From Limisphaerales bacterium (GTDB lineage: Bacteria; Verrucomicrobiota; Verrucomicrobiia; Limisphaerales; JAJOIW01), in assembly GCA_965657355.1 (NCBI GenBank), contig CBFHOE010000003.1, positions 373,520-437,519 on the forward strand: a stretch of DNA of 64,000 nt. Reading direction: 5' to 3'. A program made the translations under genes and the position numbers. This document shows, piece after piece, positions 39,440 to 49,020 of this stretch (positions are counted from its first letter, which is position 1; each line of letters begins with the position of its first letter). The notes under the pieces are model-generated. The model was given only the letters and a program-made list of their open reading frames with translations, ran no database searches and had not been told where the DNA came from.

Positions 39440-41125
39440 ATGGGAATGCCCTTGATAGATCTAAAATGTATAGAATTCTTTACGGAATATGCGGTGAGTT
39501 ATTCCAAAACTCTCATCCGATCTTTTCTTTTTGTAAGCGGCCTGATGATTTCTTTAATTTCAAATGCTCAGGGTGAGAGACCGAATATACTTTTAGCGAT
39601 AAGCGACGATCAAAGCTGGGTGGATGCATCAGCATACGGAGGCCGAATGGTCGAAACTCCACATTTCGATTCAGTAGCCAAAACGGGAGTATTGATGATG
39701 CAGGCTTTTGCTGCCTCTCCAGGATGCAGTCCAAGCAGGGCAAGCTTATTAACAGGTAGGCACACTTGGATGATTGAAGAAGCTGGCACCCACGCTAGTT
39801 ATTTCCAATCTCGATACAAGGTATTCCCAGACCTACTTGAGGAAAATGATTATTATATAGGCTATACTGGAAAAGGGTGGGGGCCTGGAGATTGGAAATC
39901 GAGTGGGCGCTCACGTAATCCAGCGGGCCCCAATTTCAGAGGTAAAGCGGAAGGTGGGCAATCATCTTACGTGAATGCCTTTTCGAATTTTTTGTCGGAG
40001 CGAAAGTTGAAATCTAAAGAATCAAAGACCAAACAGCCATTTTTCTTTTGGTTCGGAAGTCATGATCCTCACCGGTCATTTGCTAAGGGATCTGGCAGAA
40101 AATCTGGTATGAAACTGGAAGATGCTCACGTCCCAAAATTTCTTCCTGATACAGATGAGATAAGAGAAGACCTTTTAGACTATGCATTTGAGATTCAAAG
40201 ATTCGATCATGATCTCGGAGAAATGATTGAGCTTATCCGTAAAGATGGAGCATTGGAGAATACCTTAATAATAGTGACCTCAGACAATGGCATGGCCTTC
40301 CCCAGGGCAAAAGCCAACTGTTATGAATATGGAATCCACATGCCACTCGCCATTTCATGGCCAGCTCGAATCAAAGGTGATAGAAGTATCAGCGACCTTG
40401 TTGGGTTCGTTGATTTAACATCCACAATCCTCGATGCAGCAAATGTTCCAATGCCGCCCGATTTAGGTATGTCGGGAAGAAGCTTTTTGAATGTTTTGAT
40501 ATCCAACAAAAGTGGGAAAGTTGATTCTTCAAGATCGGCTGTTTATTCTGCCCGTGAAAGGCATAGCTCATCCAGGTTTAATTCTTTAGGCTATCCCCAA
40601 AGGTGTATTCGAACTCAGAAGTTTCTCTATATAATCAACTTCAAACCGGAACGCTGGCCAGCTGGCCCAGCGCAAAAATTTAATAAAGCCAGATATGATG
40701 CAAGTGGAGGATTAGTGTCATCTTCACTAGGCCCATCTCATGGTGGCTATCATGACATTGATGCCTGTCCATCACTCTCATTTCTTATTCAAAATCGCAA
40801 TCATTCCAAGTTTGGGCGTTATCTAGAACTCGCTGTTGGTAAAAGGCCCGAAGAAGAACTTTATGACATTAAGAATGATCCTGACTGCCTCAACAATTTA
40901 GTAACAAATAAAGCCTATAATAGAATTAAGTCTCAATTGAGATCACGACTTTGGAACTATCTCTATGAAACTGGTGATCCCCGTGTGAAAGGAAATGGTG
41001 ACATCTGGGAAACTTATCCGAGGGTTTCTAGCATGAGGTGGTTTCCGCAACCCGATTGGGTTGGAAAAAAAGGATACCACCTCCCTGAGATGCGGTGGCT
41101 TGAATCTCGCCGCCCTAAAAAATAA
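39440..41125 (+). CDS. Formylglycine-dependent sulfatase (Cys type)
   Basis: RPNILLAISDD, CSPSRASLLTG signature, GKGWGPG, TSDNG, EELYD...DP. Confidence 0.93.
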   Translation: MGMPLIDLKCIEFFTEYAVSYSKTLIRSFLFVSGLMISLISNAQGERPNILLAISDDQSWVDASAYGGRMVETPHFDSVAKTGVLMMQAFAASPGCSPSRASLLTGRHTWMIEEAGTHASYFQSRYKVFPDLLEENDYYIGYTGKGWGPGDWKSSGRSRNPAGPNFRGKAEGGQSSYVNAFSNFLSERKLKSKESKTKQPFFFWFGSHDPHRSFAKGSGRKSGMKLEDAHVPKFLPDTDEIREDLLDYAFEIQRFDHDLGEMIELIRKDGALENTLIIVTSDNGMAFPRAKANCYEYGIHMPLAISWPARIKGDRSISDLVGFVDLTSTILDAANVPMPPDLGMSGRSFLNVLISNKSGKVDSSRSAVYSARERHSSSRFNSLGYPQRCIRTQKFLYIINFKPERWPAGPAQKFNKARYDASGGLVSSSLGPSHGGYHDIDACPSLSFLIQNRNHSKFGRYLELAVGKRPEEELYDIKNDPDCLNNLVTNKAYNRIKSQLRSRLWNYLYETGDPRVKGNGDIWETYPRVSSMRWFPQPDWVGKKGYHLPEMRWLESRRPKK

Positions 41126-41218
41126 TTCAATAATTTTAAGATATTTGTGTTTCTTTGCCTTGAATGAGCTTGGGTATAAGCGTTGTTGATTTACCTCGGT
41201 TATTTAGTTTTTGAATCT

Positions 41219-43912
41219 TTATTTATGCAAGTGCCAGCCGGCTTTCTGAAGGTATTGGAGAGCTGCTGGTAAAAACGCCAAAGCAGCGACCATACAAGCA
41301 GCCACACCAAACGACATCACCATTCCTAAGCTTGAAATCCCTTGGTGCTTAGCGAGAGTAAGCGAAGCAAAACCGGCGATAGTGGTCAGGCCCGAAACGA
41401 GCACAGCTTTCCCAGTAGAGAGAGAGAGAAATTCTATTTTTCCCTCTTCTGCGTAGCGATTGAGGATGTGAATAGCATTTGTGACACCTATTCCGATAAC
41501 TAAGGGCAGCGTCATAATGTTTGCGGGATTGAATGGGATATCGTTGAAAGACATCCATGCGACTGTCCAAATCGAACCCATGATGACTGGTAGTAGGGCC
41601 AAAAGCACAGCAATAATTGATCTGAAATGAATCAGGGCAAGAATGACTATAGCCCCCATGGCGTATATTCCTGCATTGATATAGCTTTGAACTAACAGGG
41701 AGGTATATTCATAGAGTTGGACAGGAGTTCCGGTGATATTGGGATCAACAGATCGCAGCTGCTTTACGAATTTTTCCTGATTTTCCCTCTCCCAGATGTC
41801 TGAGTTGGGAAAGACTTGAAGTAAATATTTTCCAGTGCGACCAATGAGGCGGGCTTTTAGTGCTGGATTGAGATCAGACGGAAATAAGCCGGATTGATAA
41901 TCCTGGGTTGCTAGATTTCCAAACATTTGCCTGATATCTTCAAACAAGGCGGTCTGAAACTTTTGAAGTTGTTTTATTGAGTTTGCGTTTCTCTGGTCAT
42001 TGATTCTATTTCTAAATTCTTGGACAGTCTGAATAAGAGATAAAATATTTTCCTGAAGTTCGGCGTCTTCAGTTTTCTTGACCTTATCCAGTGCTAAAGT
42101 GAGGTATCCTTTAAAAGCCCAAATTTTCAGCTTGAGCTCCTTTATATCGATCTCCTTGGAGTCGATGGGCAGCCATTGGATTTCCTTCGCTTTTTCAACA
42201 ATCTGTTTTCTTAATTCCAAACCCTCAGTAGGGTCTTTATTGAGAATGTGGGCAAGCATGTCCACAGAGGCGACAGAATCCAGTTTTAAAAATTCTTCTT
42301 TTCGGCTCTGTGCTTCCTCTGCATTCTCAGCAATAGATGCGCAGTAAAGAATAGACTTGGAGGCCGAGCCTATGAGCTTTTTTTCAAGAGATACGGATTG
42401 TACGCCGTCCGTTTGAAGATGGAGTAAGTTATAATCGAACCTGATTTCCTGCGTTTTAAACACGGATATCATTGTTAGCGCAGCACATAGGCACAGTATA
42501 GTTAATGGGTTGCTCAACCAAACTTGCTCTACCTTGGATCTCAATAGCATGCTGCCAGCCATGTTGGTGTCCATTTTTATCTGCTTTCCTTTTAGTAGCA
42601 GAATCGGGAGGACAGTCATCATAGGAATAAGACATAAAAGCATTCCGCCTCCGGTGATGACACCCATTTCCTTAATTCCCTCAAAGTCTGTAAACGCCAT
42701 AGCAAAAAAGGCTCCAGATGTGGTCAGGGCTCCACTAAAAATACCTTTTCCAGTTTCTATCATGCCTGTCCTGATGGCGTTTTCTTTGGTCGCACCATTG
42801 GCAACTTCTTCTTCAAATCGAGAGACCAAATGAATTCCTAAGTCGATAGCAAGGCCTATAAGAATTGGAGCGAAAGTGATTGTCAGAATGTTGAGGTGGC
42901 CTATTGAGATAGTTGTGTAGCCTACGGTATAAACCAATCCTACAATCAGTGCCAAACTCGCCTTGAGCGGCCTTCCCGTCTCGTGGTATCCAAAAATGAA
43001 AACAAGAGCTACGAGAACAAAGGAGATGAGCGACGCTTGTATCATGTCCTTTTGAGCTTGTTGCATTTCATCAAATTCTAATACTGGCTCGCCAGTGACT
43101 CCGGCGTTTACTCCCGATACTTCAATTCTCGTTTTTTCGGCTATCTCTCTTAATTTGGTGATGGACGGTTTGAGTGGTTTGAGATTGACTGGCTGGGTTG
43201 TTAGTAATAGCACACGGCCCTTGTCGTAAGAGAGATATTGGCTTTGGGTGGCTGCTTCTGCATCACCAAACAAGGCCTCAACTCCCGGTGAAGGAGGAGA
43301 TCCAGGCCTGCTCATTGCCTCTATGGAACTTCGAATAATCCTTTCGATCGCAGGAAGGGACTCAACTAAATTCTCCTTTTCACTTTCTGTGGCATTCCCG
43401 GCTTTGGAGAAGGAGTCATTAAGTTTGGAATAAAGAGAGGCTAAATTTGTCGAAGTGGCGAAATTTTGGAGAAACGGTTTGTAGGTGCCCAGGGTTTCAT
43501 CGAGCTTAACCAATGTCTCGTTATCCAAAAAGAAAAGTGCTTTCCTTCCAAGTGAGGTGAGGTTCCCTTTGTAGAATGTCCTATGAAACGTATTGGTCTC
43601 CGCATTAACTCGAGCTGCTAACCTTTCAATATATTCCCTGTTCTTCTCAAAATTTTCACTCTGAACAATAACGACCAGATCTTCGGGTGATTCAAATTCC
43701 TCTAAAAATTTAAGATATATCTGGTGGTATTTTTTATCGTCACCGACCAGGTCATTTCTTGAAGTGTTAAAACCAAGATAAAGAAAAGTAATAACCGGAC
43801 AAAGAAGAAACAGAATTAGCTGAGGCCAGGCTAACCAAGCAGGACGGTTGATTACTAAGTCAGCAATCTTTCCCAATATTTTTTCAGCAAGATGAAATCG
43901 GCCTCGCGCCAT
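41219..43912 (-). CDS. MMPL/RND-family transporter (HpnN-like)
   Basis: Two RND halves; GVTGEPVLEFDE, LIGLAIDLGIH, LVIGIGVTNAIH, SGLTTIAGFASL. Confidence 0.85.
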   Translation of the reverse strand: MARGRFHLAEKILGKIADLVINRPAWLAWPQLILFLLCPVITFLYLGFNTSRNDLVGDDKKYHQIYLKFLEEFESPEDLVVIVQSENFEKNREYIERLAARVNAETNTFHRTFYKGNLTSLGRKALFFLDNETLVKLDETLGTYKPFLQNFATSTNLASLYSKLNDSFSKAGNATESEKENLVESLPAIERIIRSSIEAMSRPGSPPSPGVEALFGDAEAATQSQYLSYDKGRVLLLTTQPVNLKPLKPSITKLREIAEKTRIEVSGVNAGVTGEPVLEFDEMQQAQKDMIQASLISFVLVALVFIFGYHETGRPLKASLALIVGLVYTVGYTTISIGHLNILTITFAPILIGLAIDLGIHLVSRFEEEVANGATKENAIRTGMIETGKGIFSGALTTSGAFFAMAFTDFEGIKEMGVITGGGMLLCLIPMMTVLPILLLKGKQIKMDTNMAGSMLLRSKVEQVWLSNPLTILCLCAALTMISVFKTQEIRFDYNLLHLQTDGVQSVSLEKKLIGSASKSILYCASIAENAEEAQSRKEEFLKLDSVASVDMLAHILNKDPTEGLELRKQIVEKAKEIQWLPIDSKEIDIKELKLKIWAFKGYLTLALDKVKKTEDAELQENILSLIQTVQEFRNRINDQRNANSIKQLQKFQTALFEDIRQMFGNLATQDYQSGLFPSDLNPALKARLIGRTGKYLLQVFPNSDIWERENQEKFVKQLRSVDPNITGTPVQLYEYTSLLVQSYINAGIYAMGAIVILALIHFRSIIAVLLALLPVIMGSIWTVAWMSFNDIPFNPANIMTLPLVIGIGVTNAIHILNRYAEEGKIEFLSLSTGKAVLVSGLTTIAGFASLTLAKHQGISSLGMVMSFGVAACMVAALAFLPAALQYLQKAGWHLHK

Positions 43913-43934
43913 ACTTTATTCTTTAAAAATGTGC

Positions 43935-44663
43935 TTAGGGTAATTCTGCATTGGTGTATACCTCTTTGACGTCTTCATTATCGTCAAGAGCATCAATTAG
44001 TTTTTGAACCGTTTCCACCTGGTCTTCTGGAATCTTAGTCGTCATGGAAGGAATAAAGGTAATGTGAGAAAGTTCCATTTTGATATTTTCTTTTTCTAAT
44101 GCTGCGTGGACCTCTTCAAACTTTGCTGGCTCAGTAATGATTTCATGGACTCCTTCATCAGATTTAAAATCTTCAGCTCCTTCATTGAGTGCGATTTCCA
44201 TCAGTTTTTCCTCGTCAATGGTCTCTGCTCCAATCAAAATTTGCCCCTTTCTCTCAAACAGTCTCGACACGGCCCCTGATGTCGCTAGTTGACCACTATT
44301 TCTATTGAGAATGAGCCTTATTTCCGCGGCTGTTCTATTTCGATTATCGGTTTGGACTTCACAATAAATAGCCGCCCCACTAGGGCCATAGACTTCATAA
44401 GAAAGCTCTTCGTACTGAACGTTACCTGATTCCGCAGCGAAAGCTTTTTTCAGAGCCCTTTGAACGATATCGTTGGGCATATTGGCCTGCTTGCCCTTGA
44501 TGAGTACCATCCTTAAGCGGGGGTTTAGATCGGGGTCGTCGCTGTTGCCAATCCTGGCTGCGATTGTAATTTCTTTGGCCAATTTGGAAAAAAGCTGGCC
44601 TCGTTTTGCATCATTCGCTCCTTTAGCTCTTTTTATTTGAGCCCATTTACTATGTCCTGCCAT
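43935..44663 (-). CDS. yebC: YebC/PmpR family protein
   Basis: MAGHSKWAQIKRAKG, NPRLR, YEVYGPSG, TDNRNRT, DVKEVYTN. Confidence 0.95.
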   Translation of the reverse strand: MAGHSKWAQIKRAKGANDAKRGQLFSKLAKEITIAARIGNSDDPDLNPRLRMVLIKGKQANMPNDIVQRALKKAFAAESGNVQYEELSYEVYGPSGAAIYCEVQTDNRNRTAAEIRLILNRNSGQLATSGAVSRLFERKGQILIGAETIDEEKLMEIALNEGAEDFKSDEGVHEIITEPAKFEEVHAALEKENIKMELSHITFIPSMTTKIPEDQVETVQKLIDALDDNEDVKEVYTNAELP

Positions 44664-44794
44664 CGTGAAATTATCGAATTTTACATGACGAATCTTTTGT
44701 AGTCATTCGCCTGTTCATAGGTGATGTGTAATCATACTCTTAGTCACAATTTGCTTCAATATCATTAGTCTGAATGCAAAAAACTAAATGTGTT

Positions 44795-45685
44795 TTACTG
44801 TTCTAAACGAGGATAGGAGCAACTCATGTGGTCCCACACGTATGTAATGGCGCGTTCGGCCGCCTGAATCTCGGCTGCCTTTTTTGAGCGTCCTGTTCCT
44901 TTGGAAAGCTCAACCCCTTCATGGACGACGACGCACTCAAAAATTTTGTCATGTTCCTGCCCAAAGGTGTTGGTCATTTCATATTTTGGTGGACTTGAGG
45001 GCTCCAGGCATTGCAGAAATTCCTGTAACTCACCTTTGGGATTTATCTGAACGGGAATTTCACTCGGGCTTTCAAAAACATCAGAGTAGGCGAGTTTGGT
45101 AAATTTTTCAGCCTCATTGAATCCCCCGTCAAGATGGATAGCGCCAACCAAGGACTCGAAAGCATCTGAAATACTCGTGAGTCTGGTCCTACCCCCATTT
45201 GATTCTTCGGAACGACTCATGATGATAAATTCACCAAGTTGGAGCTTGATGGCTCTCTGGTAGATGCCGTCTTTACTGACGAGATGAGCCCTGGATTTGG
45301 TTAATAAGCCTTCATCTGCATTTTTATAATGGGTAAATAAAAAAGTACTCATAACAAGCTGAAGAACGGCATCTCCTAAAAATTCTAGCCTCTGGTTATT
45401 GGGGAAAGGAACACTAAATAGTTTTGTCGCAGACGAATGAGTCATCGCCTCACACAAAATAGCTGGATTTTTAAATGTGTATCCAATCAATTTTTGCAAC
45501 TGAAGCAACGATTGAGGGGGACGATTGACTGATAAGGGAAACTCAACAATAATTTCCCCTGTCATTTCGTCCACAATTTTCTCTAATATCTCAGGCTCAG
45601 GGTCTTCCTCACGCTTTCTATGGCCTTTTCGAAGAGCCTTTTTTATGCCGAGTGATTTTGATTTACTCTGGATGGATACTTTCAA
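44795..45685 (-). CDS. rnc: Ribonuclease III (start uncertain, N-terminal extension)
   Basis: NQRLEFLGDAVL signature, DAFESLVGAIHLDGG, dsRBD NPKGELQE...G.G.SKKAAE..AA. Confidence 0.93.
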   Translation of the reverse strand: MKVSIQSKSKSLGIKKALRKGHRKREEDPEPEILEKIVDEMTGEIIVEFPLSVNRPPQSLLQLQKLIGYTFKNPAILCEAMTHSSATKLFSVPFPNNQRLEFLGDAVLQLVMSTFLFTHYKNADEGLLTKSRAHLVSKDGIYQRAIKLQLGEFIIMSRSEESNGGRTRLTSISDAFESLVGAIHLDGGFNEAEKFTKLAYSDVFESPSEIPVQINPKGELQEFLQCLEPSSPPKYEMTNTFGQEHDKIFECVVVHEGVELSKGTGRSKKAAEIQAAERAITYVWDHMSCSYPRLEQ

Positions 45686-46301
45686 CTTCTGCAGTTTCCT
45701 CTTGAGAAGGATTTTCTCCCATTGGTCCTTCTGGTTCTTTCATTTCCGAAATGTCCTGGCTTGGGATAGACTCAGATTTCAGATGGTCTAATCCCACAGT
45801 CATGAGACCGGTCACTTGATTGTGAACATCCAACCAATCTTGGTTTGAAAGTTTTACGTCATCGATCGTAAAAACGTCTCCTGATTTATTGTGTTCATAA
45901 ACAAAAATCCTTTTTTCCTTTTTTTGGATTGTATCCCGGATCTTTAAAATTCTTTTTCTTTCCAACATTGCCGCCAAAATGTAGAGGGTTCCAGGAAGGG
46001 CCGTATTCTCTTCTGGCTCCGATACAATTTCCATCAAAACCTTTTCTGTTTGATCCTTCTGAACAGCCTCTTTTGGCTTGGGAGGCGGTTTTTTATACTT
46101 TCCTTGCCAGCTTGAGATCCACTCGTTAGTAGATTGAAATAATGTCTTTTCCACCAGCTTATAGCAGCCAGTGCATAAATCCTTTCTCAAAAGCTCTCCA
46201 TCGGCCTCGTAGAGGAGTGTCCTATAGGACTGTTTATCCTCAAAAGGCTTATCACACTCAGAACACGTCGAGCCATGGTTTTGGATTTTCCACTCATTCA
46301 T
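45663..46301 (-). CDS. Hypothetical protein with N-terminal CxxC...CxxC zinc-ribbon-like motif
   Basis: CSEC and CTGC pairs, YILAAMLERKRILK; overlaps the rnc start. Confidence 0.7.
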   Translation of the reverse strand: MNEWKIQNHGSTCSECDKPFEDKQSYRTLLYEADGELLRKDLCTGCYKLVEKTLFQSTNEWISSWQGKYKKPPPKPKEAVQKDQTEKVLMEIVSEPEENTALPGTLYILAAMLERKRILKIRDTIQKKEKRIFVYEHNKSGDVFTIDDVKLSNQDWLDVHNQVTGLMTVGLDHLKSESIPSQDISEMKEPEGPMGENPSQEETAEVESIHPE

Positions 46302-46391
46302 TCACATCACATGCAATTTGGATAGACTGCCTTTACGCATTGATCTAATGCAAAGCCTTTTTTGCATTCTAGGGCTTTTGGCCTCCTTGAT

Positions 46392-46994
46392 TCAAGGCGC
46401 AAATTCCGTGAACCAATCCACGTGAAAAGCATCCATTCCAGCATTTCTAATAGCTGTCATCCCAAGCTCAGAATCCTCAAAACCAGCGCATCCTGATGGC
46501 GTAATCTGAAGCTCTTGAGCAGCTTTTAGGAATATATCTGGTGCTGGTTTTTGATAATCAACGTCCTCACAAGTTACTACTGAATCGAACAAATTAAGAA
46601 TACCCAGGTGATCTAGTACGCGAGAAACAACAATTTTCGTCCCTCCAGAGGCAACAGCCATTGGTTTCTTTCCCGAAAAATGATAAGCAATTTCCACGAC
46701 TGGATCGATTGGAGAAACTTGATTTATTAATCCAAGATATTTGTCTTCTTTTGCATCGCTAACAACAACAGGATCAAAATTCTTAGACTGTGAGGTCTTT
46801 ATATTCTCCAGAATTTCCACTGAAGGAACGCCGCCCAATTCATAAAATCTTTCTTCTGTGAAGGTGAATTCGAATTTTGAGGCCACGAATTTCCAGCTTT
46901 CCCAATGCAAGGGCATCGTATCTGCCAACGTGCCATCACAGTCGAAAATCAAACCTTGATATTTATCAAAATCGTTAACACGTCGACTCACCAT
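46392..46994 (-). CDS. HAD-family phosphatase (YqaB / beta-PGM-like)
   Basis: FDCDGTLADT motif I, VASGG, KPAPDIF, FEDS..G..A...AGM. Confidence 0.9.
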   Translation of the reverse strand: MVSRRVNDFDKYQGLIFDCDGTLADTMPLHWESWKFVASKFEFTFTEERFYELGGVPSVEILENIKTSQSKNFDPVVVSDAKEDKYLGLINQVSPIDPVVEIAYHFSGKKPMAVASGGTKIVVSRVLDHLGILNLFDSVVTCEDVDYQKPAPDIFLKAAQELQITPSGCAGFEDSELGMTAIRNAGMDAFHVDWFTEFAP

Positions 46995-47040
46995 TTTATC
47001 TGTATTCTATGAAAAAAATTCAAGGCAACATGAATCTCGG

Positions 47041-48120
47041 CTAAAGGTTCATTTCTTTTAGTTGAGTTTCCATGTCATCAGCCATCAGTGGGTTTATGAC
47101 AGTGTCGAGTTCTCCTTCAATGAGCTGAGGTAGGTTGTACAAGGTCAATTCGATTCTATGGTCTGTGACCCTATTTTGAGGGAAATTGTATGTCCTGATG
47201 CGTTCGTTGCGTTCTCCGGTCCCGACCTGTGATTTTCGCTGCGCTGCATATTTCGCGTTCTCCTCTGCTATTTTTTGCTCCAAAAGTCTTGAGCGAAGAA
47301 CAGTCATGGCCTTAGCTTTGTTTTTTATCTGAGAGCGTTCATCAGCGCATCTCACAATCATTCCTGTGGGCTTGTGGATTATCTGGACTGCTGAGTCGGT
47401 GGTATTCACGCCTTGTCCACCGGGGCCCGATGCACGACAAACGGATACATCGATATCATCGGGTCTAATTTCCACATCGACTTCTTCAGCTTCAGGCAAA
47501 ACGGCGACAGTGACTGTGCTCGTGTGTATGCGGCCCTGACTTTCGGTGGCAGGAATTCTTTGGACTCTATGAACACCGCTCTCGTATTTTAACCGTTTGA
47601 ATACATCCTCACCTTTAATGCTGAATATCATTTCCTTAAACCCACCCATATCTGATGCGCTCGAGTCCATGATTTCCATTTTCCATCCCATGTTTTCAGC
47701 GTACCGAGTATACATACGGCACAAATCTGCAACAAATAACGCCGATTCGGATCCACCAGCTCCAGCCCGAGCTTCAAATATTGTATTTCTGGAATCGGTC
47801 GGATTTGGTGGGATAATCCCCATCTTTAGTTCGATCTCTATCTTCTCCTTTTCGGCTTTCAGTAATCCAAGCTCCTCCTTAGCCATCTGAGCCATTTCAG
47901 ATTCTGCAGGTTCGTCTTGTACGATGGACTGATTCTCGTTGATGTCATCGGTGATTTTCAGGAACCTGCGACCAGACTCAACCAAGGATTTCAATCTGGA
48001 GTATTCACGGGACAACTCTTGCATTTTTTTTTGATCGCCAATGACTCTGGGATCACTTAATGCGGCCTCTACTTCGGAGTATCTCTTCTCGAATTTTTGA
48101 ATATGCGGTGCCAGATCCAT
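47041..48120 (-). CDS. prfA: Peptide chain release factor 1
   Basis: YESGVHRVQRIPAT (PxT, RF1-specific), GPGGQGVNTTDSAV, IRTYNFPQNR. Confidence 0.97.
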   Translation of the reverse strand: MDLAPHIQKFEKRYSEVEAALSDPRVIGDQKKMQELSREYSRLKSLVESGRRFLKITDDINENQSIVQDEPAESEMAQMAKEELGLLKAEKEKIEIELKMGIIPPNPTDSRNTIFEARAGAGGSESALFVADLCRMYTRYAENMGWKMEIMDSSASDMGGFKEMIFSIKGEDVFKRLKYESGVHRVQRIPATESQGRIHTSTVTVAVLPEAEEVDVEIRPDDIDVSVCRASGPGGQGVNTTDSAVQIIHKPTGMIVRCADERSQIKNKAKAMTVLRSRLLEQKIAEENAKYAAQRKSQVGTGERNERIRTYNFPQNRVTDHRIELTLYNLPQLIEGELDTVINPLMADDMETQLKEMNL

Positions 48121-48140
48121 AGTTTTATGAGGACGAGTTC

Positions 48141-48178
48141 AAAAGAAAAAGGCCCGCCTGGTAAAATACCACGCGGGC
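48141..48178 (-). terminator. Intrinsic terminator after rpmE2
   Basis: Minus strand GCCCGCGTGGTA-TTT-TACCAGGCGGGC followed by CTTTTTCTTTT. Confidence 0.75.
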
Positions 48179-48201
48179 GATTTGTAGAAATTAGTTCAGA
48201 G

Positions 48202-48504
48202 CTATTTGCGCTTTTTCGAGCCTTTTCTTGCTTGGGCAGCTTCGCGTGCGGCTTTTGTCTTCTCTAGGCGCTGCTTGAACTTGTCGACGCGGCCAGCGGT
48301 GTCCACAAGCACTTGGTTACCCGTATAGAACGGGTGAGATGCACTGGAGATACCAAGAAGAATAAGAGGGTATTCTTTACCATCTTCATCCCAGACAGTC
48401 GTGTCTGTTGAACGAGCACACGATTTGGTTTTAAACGAAAAATCTGATGCGGTGTCTCTAAAGACAACTTCGCGATAATTTTCAGGATGTATATCCTCTC
48501 TCAT
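48202..48504 (-). CDS. rpmE2: 50S ribosomal protein L31, type B (no zinc-binding CxxC pairs)
   Basis: Likely start MREDIHPENYREVVFRD; ISSASHPFYTG; DTAGRVDKF. Confidence 0.93.
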   Translation of the reverse strand: MREDIHPENYREVVFRDTASDFSFKTKSCARSTDTTVWDEDGKEYPLILLGISSASHPFYTGNQVLVDTAGRVDKFKQRLEKTKAAREAAQARKGSKKRK

Positions 48505-49020
48505 ACGGACGGGGAATAATAGGGGAATCAATGCCCTATGCAAGAAAAATGTTGGAAAATCGAGGAATTATTCCGATCCATGTTCTAGCACCCTTTCTTC
48601 GGGGCGGAATTGGGCTCAACCAAGACCTCACGTGACCTAATCAGTTATTGTATCGTGAGTAGAGGTTTTTCAGGTGTTTTAAATCATTTAAGCAGAAAAT
48701 CCATTTCATGGCTTTGATCATCCATCATGGACCGTGGGAATCAACTCGCTAGACAGCAGAGAGAGGGCAACGCTTTCTTCCTATCCATGATAGCCGAACC
48801 GCAAGGCAAATTCATCTATCGGTCCATTATCAAATTTAATGGTTATTCTATTTCAATCGAGTATTCCCCAAATAGCTCATTTGACATTTAATTTAACAAA
48901 CCTCCTTCTGTCCTGGTGCGCGTGGTTTTGTTCACCTTTGTCCTGCTTTCAAGTAGACCTAAATCCTACGGTGCCGCGTGGTTTGAAAATTAAAAATCCT
49001 GACTTAAATTTTACACTGTC

